DNA from: Candidatus Woesearchaeota archaeon
GTDB lineage: Archaea > Nanobdellota > Nanobdellia > SCGC-AAA011-G17 > PNOQ01
Assembly (NCBI GenBank): GCA_018652625.1
Contig: JABIBT010000008.1
Coordinates: 1-35,067 of the forward strand
DNA length: 35,067 nucleotides
Direction: 5' to 3'
Shown: positions 17,804 to 25,375 of the stretch, piece by piece
Numbering within the stretch: the stretch's first letter is position 1
Layout of the letters: every line of letters begins with the position of its first letter
Notes under the pieces: model-generated
The model's input: the letters and a program-made list of their open reading frames with translations, nothing else
What the model was told of the DNA's origin: nothing
Databases searched by the model: none
Program-made: the position numbers and the translations under genes

Positions 17804-18916
17804 ATGTTTAAATTTTTAAAAGATAAATTAAAGGATGCTGCTAAGAAGTTTTCTAAAGAGGCAGAGGAAGTTACTGAAGAACCTAAAGTTGAAGAAAAAG
17901 TAAAAGAAGAAGTTAAAGAGGAAATTAAAGAAGAGTTAGAAGAAGTTTTAGATGAGAAGACTTCTGAGAAAGTTGCTGAAGAAGTGGTTAAAGAATCTAA
18001 GGAAGAAATTATTGAAGATATTCCAAAAGAAGAACCTAAAAAGGAAAAGTTAAGTTTTAAAGAAAAATTAAAAAAAGCTGTTTCTAAGAAAATTTCTAGC
18101 AAAAAGTTTGAAGAGTTGTTTGATGAGTTAGAGTTATCATTATTAGAAGCTAATGTTGCTGTTGAAGTTATTGATAGATTAAAAGAAGGTTTGAAGATGG
18201 AAATTGTTGATATTCCTATTAAAGGGAAGGTTGATGAGTTTATTTTAGAGAAGTTAAAAGATAATATTAAAGAGTTGTTTAAGGAAGAGTTAGATTTAGT
18301 TGAAGTTATTAAGAAAAGTGAGAAACCTTATGTTATTGTATTTTTGGGTGTGAATGGTTCTGGAAAAACTACTTCTATAGCTAAAGTTGCTAAATTGTTG
18401 CAGAGTAATGGTTTAACTTGTGTTTTGGCTGCTGCAGATACTTTTAGAGCTGCTGCGATAGATCAGTTACAGTTACATGCTGATAAGTTAGGAGTTAAGA
18501 TGATTAAGCACGATTATGGCTCGGATGCTGCTGCTGTAGGTTTTGATGCTATAAAACATGCTAAGAATAAAGATGTTGATGTGGTTTTAATTGATACTGC
18601 TGGCAGAATGCATTCTAATTCTAATTTAATGGATGAGTTAAAGAAAGTTATCAGGGTTGTTAATCCTAATTTTAAGATATTTGTTGGAGAGTCAATAGTT
18701 GGTAATGATTGTATAGAGCAGAGTAGGAAGTTTAGTAGTTCTGTTGGTGTGGACGGTATAATATTATCTAAGGCTGATGTTGATGAGAAAGGTGGAACTG
18801 CTATTTCGATTTCTTATGTTGTTGATAAACCCATAATTTATTTGGGTACTGGGCAGGGCTATGGGGATATTGAGAAGTTTTCTGTTAGTAAATTGATGGA
18901 TAGTTTGGGGCTTTAA
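17804..18916 (+). CDS. ftsY: Signal recognition particle receptor FtsY
   Basis: MF.FLK amphipathic start, acidic domain, GVNGSGKTTSIAK, AADTFRAAAIDQL, DTAGR, KADVDEKGG, GTGQ.Y.D. Confidence 0.97.
   Translation: MFKFLKDKLKDAAKKFSKEAEEVTEEPKVEEKVKEEVKEEIKEELEEVLDEKTSEKVAEEVVKESKEEIIEDIPKEEPKKEKLSFKEKLKKAVSKKISSKKFEELFDELELSLLEANVAVEVIDRLKEGLKMEIVDIPIKGKVDEFILEKLKDNIKELFKEELDLVEVIKKSEKPYVIVFLGVNGSGKTTSIAKVAKLLQSNGLTCVLAAADTFRAAAIDQLQLHADKLGVKMIKHDYGSDAAAVGFDAIKHAKNKDVDVVLIDTAGRMHSNSNLMDELKKVIRVVNPNFKIFVGESIVGNDCIEQSRKFSSSVGVDGIILSKADVDEKGGTAISISYVVDKPIIYLGTGQGYGDIEKFSVSKLMDSLGL
17894..18031 (+). repeat. Copy 2 of a 46-codon peptide module shared with the uS4 C-terminal tail
   Basis: [46 protein letters not shown] compared with 3444-3581. 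Confidence 0.85.
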
Positions 18917-19260
18917 AATAATTTTTCTAACTCTTTTTTTACTTTCTCAAATGTTTTATCATCAAGAACCCCTATTTTCTTTTTAACTAATGATTTGTTT
19001 AGATTTATAATTTTATCAACTTTAATTCTGCTCGTAGTTGGTAGTTTTCCTTCAATTAAATTTTTACTTTCTATTAATACTGAGCATCTTGCATCTTTTA
19101 AGTTGGAAGTTATCCCACAAACTATGAAATCTTCAGTATTAAAATTATAAGTATCATTGGAAACAATTAAAACGGGTCTTTGTTTGATGGTTGTAAGATC
19201 TGTAAATGGTAAGGGAATTATTAAAATGTCTTTTTGTTTAAATTGTGTCCCAGATGTCAT
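18913..19260 (-). CDS. PemK/MazF family toxin (type II TA endoribonuclease)
   Basis: DI.I.P.PFTDL...KQRPVLIVSND.YN, V.GITS, L...S.IKVDKI..L.KS......G.L. Confidence 0.92.
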   Translation of the reverse strand: MTSGTQFKQKDILIIPLPFTDLTTIKQRPVLIVSNDTYNFNTEDFIVCGITSNLKDARCSVLIESKNLIEGKLPTTSRIKVDKIINLNKSLVKKKIGVLDDKTFEKVKKELEKLF

Positions 19261-19492
19261 CTTCTTTGCTACTCCAGAATTTTTTTAATGAAATTTCACT
19301 TAATTTTAGTAGATCTTTGAAATCATCTTCCATTTTTTTTGATATTTTTTGAGTTTTTTCCAGTAAAATCTTTCCATTTGATTCCATTACTATTAATTCG
19401 TCACCTTGATTTATTCCTGCTATTTCTCTTATGTCTAGAGGGATTGCTATCTGTCCTTTTTCTGAAACTTTTATTGTTTTTATGGAAGTCAT
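19238..19492 (-). CDS. AbrB/MazE family antitoxin
   Basis: KVSEKGQIAIP.DIRE..GI..GDEL......GKILL.K swapped hairpin; acidic C-terminus W...EDDIW; overlaps the toxin start. Confidence 0.92.
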   Translation of the reverse strand: MTSIKTIKVSEKGQIAIPLDIREIAGINQGDELIVMESNGKILLEKTQKISKKMEDDFKDLLKLSEISLKKFWSSKEDDIWDTI

Positions 19493-19499
19493 TTTTAAT

Positions 19500-19517
19500 A
19501 GTAAGAATTTTCTTACT
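19500..19517. promoter_or_regulatory. Palindromic operator of the TA operon
   Basis: AGTAAGAA-TT-TTCTTACT perfect 8-bp inverted repeat between the minus-strand TATA (CTTATAAG near 19516-19523) and the antitoxin ATG. Confidence 0.7.
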
Positions 19518-19648
19518 TATAAGGTTTTTGGTTGTAAGCCCTAAGTTGGGTTATTTGTTTTACTGTAGTCCCTAAGTTTTGAATTCAAAATAACTTTCTT
19601 TTTATCTTTTTAATTACATTTATAAATCATAATTCTCTCTAAAATTCT

Positions 19649-20992
19649 ATGGTTATGGACAAATTAAGTTCAACATTGAAAAACACCTTAAGCAAAATCA
19701 CAGGTGCTACTTTCATAGATGAGAATTTGGTTAATGAAATTGTTAAAGATATTCAAAGAGCTTTACTTACTTCTGATGTTAATGTTAAACTAGTTTTTGA
19801 GCTATCTAAGAATATTAAAGAAAGAGCGTTAAAAGAAAAAGCACCAAAGGGTGTAGGACAAAAAGAATTCTTAGTTAAGATTGTTTATGACGAACTAGTA
19901 AAGTTCCTAGGAAAAGAAAAAAAAGGAATTAAAATTACAAAAAAACAACCGTTCAAAATTATGTTAGTTGGTTTGTTTGGAACTGGAAAAACTACAATAG
20001 CAGCAAAATTAGGAAATTATTATACAAAAAGAGGGCATAAGGTTGCTTTAGTAGGTTTAGATGTTTATAGGCCGGCTGCAATGGATCAATTAGAACAGTT
20101 AGCAAAGTCAATAAACATACCATATTACATAAATAGAGAAGAAAAAAACCCAAAGAAAATTTGGAAATCTTTGAAAGATGAAGTAAAGAAATATGATATT
20201 GTAATTGTAGATACTGCGGGAAGAGATGCATTGTCAGAAGATTTAGTTAAAGAAATTGAAGAATTAAATAAAGAAATCAAACCAGAAGAAAAGTTACTTG
20301 TAATAAATGCAGATATTGGTCAAACTGCAGAATCCCAAGCAAAAAAATTCCATGAGTCTTGTGGTATTACTGGAGTTGCAATTACTAAGATGGATGGAAC
20401 TGCAAAAGCTGGTGGAGCTTTGTCAGCAGCAGCAATTACTGGAGCGCCTGTTAAGTTTTTAGGCGTAGGTGAAAAAGTAGATGATATTGAAGAGTTTAAT
20501 CCTGAAGGTTTTGTTTCTAGATTGTTAGGAATGGGAGACTTGGAAGCTTTATTAGAAAAAGTTAGAGTTGAAATTGATGAAGAAACTGCTGAAGATTTAG
20601 GAAAGAAGTTTTTGAAAGGAGAGTTTAATTTTTTAGATTTATATGAACAAATTCAAGGAATGAAAAAATTAGGTCCCATGAATAAGATTATGGAAATGAT
20701 TCCTGGAATGAGTGGGATGAAGATTCCTAAAGATATGTTGGATGTTCAAGATTCTAAGTTGAAGAAGTGGAAATTTATTATGCAATCAATGACAAAGACA
20801 GAATTAGAAAATCCGGATTTGGTTTTTAATAGGAAAAGAATTGATAGGATTGCAAAGGGTGCGGGTTGTACTGCTACTGAAGTTAGAGAATTGCTTAAAC
20901 AGTATAGACAAAGTAAGAAAATGATGAAGATGATGAAAGGCGATCCTAATAAATTAATGAAGAAGTTTAAAGGTAAGATTCCTGGAATGTGA
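19649..20992 (+). CDS. ffh: Signal recognition particle protein SRP54/Ffh
   Basis: IQRALL.SDVNV, GL.G.GKTT, D.YRPAA..QL, DTAGR, TKMDGTAK.GGALS, RLLGMGD, Met-rich M domain. Confidence 0.97.
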   Translation: MVMDKLSSTLKNTLSKITGATFIDENLVNEIVKDIQRALLTSDVNVKLVFELSKNIKERALKEKAPKGVGQKEFLVKIVYDELVKFLGKEKKGIKITKKQPFKIMLVGLFGTGKTTIAAKLGNYYTKRGHKVALVGLDVYRPAAMDQLEQLAKSINIPYYINREEKNPKKIWKSLKDEVKKYDIVIVDTAGRDALSEDLVKEIEELNKEIKPEEKLLVINADIGQTAESQAKKFHESCGITGVAITKMDGTAKAGGALSAAAITGAPVKFLGVGEKVDDIEEFNPEGFVSRLLGMGDLEALLEKVRVEIDEETAEDLGKKFLKGEFNFLDLYEQIQGMKKLGPMNKIMEMIPGMSGMKIPKDMLDVQDSKLKKWKFIMQSMTKTELENPDLVFNRKRIDRIAKGAGCTATEVRELLKQYRQSKKMMKMMKGDPNKLMKKFKGKIPGM

Positions 20993-21026
20993 GGTTTTAT
21001 ATATTCTTATTTTAAGGTTTAAGTAG

Positions 21027-21644
21027 GTGATAATGATGAAAAAAATAATATTAATGTTTGTAATTTTTTTGATTAGCTTTAGCCCTGCTTTTGCTGTTCC
21101 AAATAATGAATCTGCTACTAATAACGGAAACCAATATGGAACTTTGACAGCAGTTTCTACTGGGGCCTATACTAGTCTAAATGGACAAGAAATGAGTATA
21201 GAACAAATTCAGAATAGAAATAGATTAAGAGTTGGGGAGTACTTTGCCGAATATTCTTTAGAGTTGCAAGAGGAAAGATCTTTGACTGGAGAAAGTAAAT
21301 TAAAAGCAACATTGTCAAATGGGCAAAATGCTGAAATAAAAGTGATGCCCGATGTAGCAGCAGAAAGAGCTTTAGAAAGATTGAAATTAAAAGTTTGTCA
21401 AGAAGAAGAAGGTTGTACTATTGAGTTGAAAGAAGTTGGCCAAGGCGATCAAATCCAACCAGTATATGAAGTTCAAGCAAGAAAAGAAGCAAGAATGTTG
21501 GGAATGTTTAAAACTCAAATGCAAGTTCGAGCTCAAGTTAATGCGGAAACCGGTGAAGTGATTCGAGTTCAGAAACCTTGGTGGGCATTTTTAGCTTCAG
21601 AGAGCGATGAAATTGAAGAAGACGAGTCAGCAACTTTAGAATAA
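21027..21644 (+). CDS. Secreted hypothetical protein with a PepSY-like C-terminal domain
   Basis: Signal peptide ending PAFA; EIKVMP..A.E.A...L...VYEV...VNAETGEVI...KPWWAFLA. Real start is probably the ATG at 21033 or 21036. Confidence 0.75.
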   Translation: MIMMKKIILMFVIFLISFSPAFAVPNNESATNNGNQYGTLTAVSTGAYTSLNGQEMSIEQIQNRNRLRVGEYFAEYSLELQEERSLTGESKLKATLSNGQNAEIKVMPDVAAERALERLKLKVCQEEEGCTIELKEVGQGDQIQPVYEVQARKEARMLGMFKTQMQVRAQVNAETGEVIRVQKPWWAFLASESDEIEEDESATLE

Positions 21645-21706
21645 TTCTTTTTTATTTTTTTTACGTAAAGTATTTATATCCTGTGTAACTTACCTATTTA
21701 ATTAAA

Positions 21707-22006
21707 ATGGAAGGAGCTAGATTTGTTGACCCAGAAATTTGCAGAGATTATCTAATTTATGGCAAGATTAAGACTATTGGTTCCCTTAAATCTACGTTGT
21801 ATGGATATAAAGCTGGATGTTTAGAGGATGCTGAATTTGGGTGGAAAGAAGTATGTAGGCGTGCGGAAGAAAGTTTTTTAGCTAATGCCACTGCAATGGG
21901 GGCCGATATTGCTGCTCATTTTAAGACAGTATGTGTTAAAAATGATCTTGAAGGGTTTATTATGTTAAGAGGCGAAGCTTATAAAACAATAGAGCCCGAA
22001 AATTAA
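21707..22006 (+). CDS. Hypothetical protein, YbjQ/UPF0145-like
   Basis: RRAEE.F...A.AMGAD......LRGEAYK resembles the YbjQ pattern. Confidence 0.5.
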   Translation: MEGARFVDPEICRDYLIYGKIKTIGSLKSTLYGYKAGCLEDAEFGWKEVCRRAEESFLANATAMGADIAAHFKTVCVKNDLEGFIMLRGEAYKTIEPEN

Positions 22007-22086
22007 ACAATCTTTATTTTAATATTTTTAAATAGAAACACTAAAAAGTATTAGTTCTTTCCCATTTTTACTCAAAAACATAAAAA

Positions 22087-22719
22087 ATGAGTGAAATTAT
22101 ATTGCCAACAAGTGAAGAAGTTCAAAAATGGATGATTTTCACATTAAAACATTCTTGTCATGTTGAATATTTCTTGAAAGAGCTAGGTTTAGGCGATAAT
22201 GATCCCGAAAGACCGCATGAGTTGATTGGTCCTGGAAATAAATATGGATGGGACGTAATAAAGGGGTTTGCACTTTTATATAGGAGGCCAAAAGTTGATT
22301 GTAAAACATATATAATTCCTGCTTTAAAATTACATGGGCAACAGCACCACCATAGGATGTGGGAGAATCCTGATCCGAGTGATGAAACAAAACAGAATCC
22401 GGAAGCTTCAGATGAAGATATGTATGTTGGCGCGGTTGATGCTAATTGTTCTTTGTTAGAGAATAGAGAATATCAAGGGGGAAAACATAGTTATGAAGAG
22501 ATAATGGAAGTTGCTAAAAAGAATCCTCCACATAAGGCTCCTTGGATGTTAAAGCTTGTTCCTCAGATGCAGAAGTTAGAGCAACCAAAGCTAGAATTAA
22601 TTACCTCGTTGCATGATTTCCCCAATATTGGATTGCCTGGAGATATTTTTGATCTGATTGGGAGTAGAACAAGAGAAACGATTGAAATGCTTAATTTCGA
22701 GAGAGGATATAGTTTATAA
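22087..22719 (+). CDS. Hypothetical His-rich putative metal-binding protein (HD-like)
   Basis: H..HVEYF, ERPHE, ALKLH..QHHHR.W, D....AVD conserved-looking His/Asp residues. Confidence 0.65.
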   Translation: MSEIILPTSEEVQKWMIFTLKHSCHVEYFLKELGLGDNDPERPHELIGPGNKYGWDVIKGFALLYRRPKVDCKTYIIPALKLHGQQHHHRMWENPDPSDETKQNPEASDEDMYVGAVDANCSLLENREYQGGKHSYEEIMEVAKKNPPHKAPWMLKLVPQMQKLEQPKLELITSLHDFPNIGLPGDIFDLIGSRTRETIEMLNFERGYSL

Positions 22720-22742
22720 ATCTCTAATATTTTGTTTTTTAT

Positions 22743-23354
22743 ATGAAAAAAATACTTTATTCTGGAGCCGAGGCCCATTTATACTTAGAGAAGGATAGAT
22801 TAGTCAAGGAAAGAATTTCTAAAGGATATAGGCATGAATTTATTGATAATGCTAAAAGAAAATATCCAACAAGAAAAGAATTTAAGATTTTATTGAAAGG
22901 AAAGAAAATAGGAATGGATGTTCCTGAAGTTTTTGAAGTTGATGATAAAGAAATGAAAGTAGTTATGGAATTTGTTAAAGGAGATTTACTAAAAGAGACA
23001 TTAGATAATTATTCTAAAAAGAAGAGAGAAGAAGTTTGTAAGAAAATTGGAATTCAAGTTGCTAAGATGCACGATAATCAGATAATCCATGGGGATTTGA
23101 CAACAAGTAATATGATACTAAAAGAAGAAAAAGTTTTTTTTATTGATTTTGGCTTAGGTTTTATTTCTCATAAAATTGAAGATAAGGCCGTTGATTTACA
23201 TTTACTTAGACAGGCTATGGAAAGCAAGCATTTTAAGTATGAAAATAATTTCGAATTGGTTTTAAAAGGTTATAAAAAATCAAGTAATTTTAAGGAAACT
23301 TTAGAGAGATTAGAGAAGGTAGAGCAAAGAGGAAGGTATAAGAGAAAAGCTTAA
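22743..23354 (+). CDS. bud32: KEOPS complex kinase/ATPase Bud32
   Basis: GAEA, K.RISKGYRH..ID, IIHGDLTTSNMI, FIDFGL, EDKAVDL, VE.RGRY. Confidence 0.95.
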   Translation: MKKILYSGAEAHLYLEKDRLVKERISKGYRHEFIDNAKRKYPTRKEFKILLKGKKIGMDVPEVFEVDDKEMKVVMEFVKGDLLKETLDNYSKKKREEVCKKIGIQVAKMHDNQIIHGDLTTSNMILKEEKVFFIDFGLGFISHKIEDKAVDLHLLRQAMESKHFKYENNFELVLKGYKKSSNFKETLERLEKVEQRGRYKRKA

Positions 23355-23381
23355 AAGTTGAATATTTTCCTTAATTCTTAT

Positions 23382-23454
23382 AGCCCTGTAGTGTAGTGGC
23401 CAAGCATCTATGGTTTTGGTCCATAGGACCCAGGTTCGAATCCTGGCGGGGCTA
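23382..23454 (+). tRNA. tRNA-Gln(TTG)
   Basis: Acceptor AGCCCTG/CGGGGCT (A1-U72, typical of archaeal tRNA-Gln); anticodon arm TATGG-TTTTGGT-CCATA; T arm CCAGG-TTCGAAT-CCTGG; no encoded CCA. Confidence 0.96.
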
Positions 23455-23521
23455 TCCCTTATTTTTTATTAGTTTTGTATAAGTTAAAAACCTTTATTAA
23501 TCAAATTTGTCTTTGTTTTAT

Positions 23522-23722
23522 ATGAAAATCAAAGAATACGAGGGGAAAAGATTTGCTGTGACCATAAGAAGGGATACTATGAGAAGAAGATATGTATTGT
23601 CCACCTTTGAATCTGATGGTGGAATGGTAGATCAAAATGAGCCCTTGTATACGGAAGAGTTTGAGAAACATTATGGTTTTTCTCCAGAGTGGCCCCATGA
23701 AACAATTGAGGATAAAATTTGA
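23522..23722 (+). CDS. Small hypothetical protein
   Basis: ATG at 23522 about 25 nt after AAAAAC-CTTTATTAA; MKIKEYEGKRFAVTI...FEKHYGFSPEW. Confidence 0.55.
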   Translation: MKIKEYEGKRFAVTIRRDTMRRRYVLSTFESDGGMVDQNEPLYTEEFEKHYGFSPEWPHETIEDKI

Positions 23723-23776
23723 TATTAATTGGTTTTCATAAAGCTTATATATTTATTATTCTTTAGTTATTTTAAA

Positions 23777-24034
23777 ATGGCAGAAGAAAAACAAATCGGA
23801 AAGGTTTTTAGTTTTTTTAGTAAGATTGGCGTAGCAGCGATTGAGTTAAGCGATGATAATTTGGCTTTGGGGGAAAAAATTCGTATAAAGGGGGCAACAA
23901 CTGATTTTGAACAGGAAGTTGACTCTATGCAGGTAGAAGGGAAAGAAGTTCAGGAAGTTGGTCCCGGAAAATCAGCAGGCATTAAAGTTAAAGATAAGGT
24001 TAGACCGGGAGATTTGGTCTATAAACTTTTATAA
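23777..24034 (+). CDS. Translation elongation factor-like beta-barrel protein (EF-Tu domain II / U32 C-terminal-like)
   Basis: IGKV..FFSKIGVA.I.L....L..GEKIRIKG.TTDFEQ.V.SMQ......G...GIKV...VR.GD.VYK. Confidence 0.88.
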   Translation: MAEEKQIGKVFSFFSKIGVAAIELSDDNLALGEKIRIKGATTDFEQEVDSMQVEGKEVQEVGPGKSAGIKVKDKVRPGDLVYKLL

Positions 24035-24091
24035 TCTTTTTTCTTTCTTTTTTCAAAAGTTTTATAAATAGATAATTTTCTCTCTTTGCTA

Positions 24092-24150
24092 AGGATAAGT
24101 CGGTTTTGGCTTACTTATACCCGGAAGATTAATTCTGGGTTTGTTAAAAA
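24092..24150 (+). promoter_or_regulatory. Structured 5' leader of rps15 (candidate r-protein autoregulatory leader)
   Basis: TATA box TTTATAAA at 24061-24068; hairpins TAAGTC-GGTTTT-GGCTTA and ACCCGGAA-GATTAA-TTCTGGGT before the ATG. Confidence 0.5.
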
Positions 24151-24606
24151 ATGGCACGTATGTACTCAAGAAGGAAAGGAAAAAGCGGAAGTACTAAGCC
24201 CACAGATAAGAAAAAGAAAACGTGGATGAAGTATGATGCTAAAGAAGCAGAGAGTTTAGTTTTAAAATTATCTAAAACTGGACTAACAAAATCTCAAATA
24301 GGTTTGGCTTTAAGAGATTCATATGGTATTCCAGATATTAAGATTATAACTAAAAAGAGCATTAGTAAAATTCTAGAGAAAAATAAACTAGAGGCAGAGT
24401 TGCCAGAAGATTTGAATGCACTAATTAAAAAAGATATTCAGTTAATTAAACATTTTGAGTCAAATAAACAAGATATGCCTGCTAAAAGAGGTATAAGATT
24501 GACAGAGAGTAAAATTAATAGATTAGTTAAGTATTATAAGAAAAAAGGTAGATTACCAAAAGATTGGGTATTTGATAAAGATAAAGCTAGATTGTTAGTA
24601 GGATAA
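24151..24606 (+). CDS. rps15: 30S ribosomal protein S15 (uS15)
   Basis: MARMYSRRKGKSGS.KP, SQIG..LRD.YGIP, LPEDL..LIKK, L.ESKI.RLVKYYK..G.LP.DW. Confidence 0.97.
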   Translation: MARMYSRRKGKSGSTKPTDKKKKTWMKYDAKEAESLVLKLSKTGLTKSQIGLALRDSYGIPDIKIITKKSISKILEKNKLEAELPEDLNALIKKDIQLIKHFESNKQDMPAKRGIRLTESKINRLVKYYKKKGRLPKDWVFDKDKARLLVG

Positions 24607-24607
24607 A

Positions 24608-25225
24608 ATGGCTAAAGATAAAAAAGGAAATAAAAAGGAAAAAAAGAAGAAAATCATTAGAAAGACTAATGTTGCCATTAAAAAGAAAAAGAAAAAATGG
24701 GTAAGTTTAATGGCCCCAAAAGAATTTGGTGGCGGAGAGCTTGGAGAAAGCCTTGTTGTTGATCCTAAAGATTTAGTTGGAAGAAATGTTATTACGAGTT
24801 TATCTAATCTGAATAGAGGTAAGAATTTTGCTATAAAAATTATTTTTAGAGGGAAGGAAATAATTGATGGAAATTGTTTATGTGAGCCCATGGGTTATTA
24901 TGTTTTGAATAGTTTTGCTAGAAGAGTTGTTAAGAAAGGTAAAACTAAAATCTTTAAATCTTTGAAGTTGAAAACTAAGGATAATGTCGATGTTGTCTTG
25001 AAAATTGTTCTAGTTACTAGAAGAAAAATTACTGGTGGAGTTTCTGCAAAGGTTAGAGCAGAGCTTGATAGTTTTTTAAGTGAAACTGTTAAGAAAGCTG
25101 ACTTTATGTTCACATTAGATTCGATTATAAATTATAGTTTCCAGAAAAAGATTAAGGAACAGATGAAGGGTATATATCCTGTTGGTTCTTTGGAAATTGT
25201 TATGTTTAGAAAGGTTTTTAAATAA
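24608..25225 (+). CDS. rps3ae: 30S ribosomal protein S3Ae (eS1)
   Basis: KKKW..L.APKEF....LGE......LVGR, RR.V.KGK.KI, TKD, IYP....EI; follows rps15. Confidence 0.85.
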   Translation: MAKDKKGNKKEKKKKIIRKTNVAIKKKKKKWVSLMAPKEFGGGELGESLVVDPKDLVGRNVITSLSNLNRGKNFAIKIIFRGKEIIDGNCLCEPMGYYVLNSFARRVVKKGKTKIFKSLKLKTKDNVDVVLKIVLVTRRKITGGVSAKVRAELDSFLSETVKKADFMFTLDSIINYSFQKKIKEQMKGIYPVGSLEIVMFRKVFK

Positions 25226-25246
25226 ATTCTTTGTGTTTTAATTTAT

Positions 25247-25318
25247 GCCTCAGTAGCTCAGTGGTAGAGCATTTGGTTTGTAACCAAAAGGTCGTGGGTT
25301 CAAATCCCCCCTGAGGCT
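25247..25318 (+). tRNA. tRNA-Thr(TGT)
   Basis: Acceptor GCCTCAG/CTGAGGC; D arm GCTC/GAGC; anticodon arm TTTGG-TTTGTAA-CCAAA; T arm GTGGG-TTCAAAT-CCCCC (one mismatch). Confidence 0.95.
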
Positions 25319-25375
25319 TTTACAATATATCATCAAGTAAATATAACTTTTTAAGTTAAGTGAGTATTCACTTTT

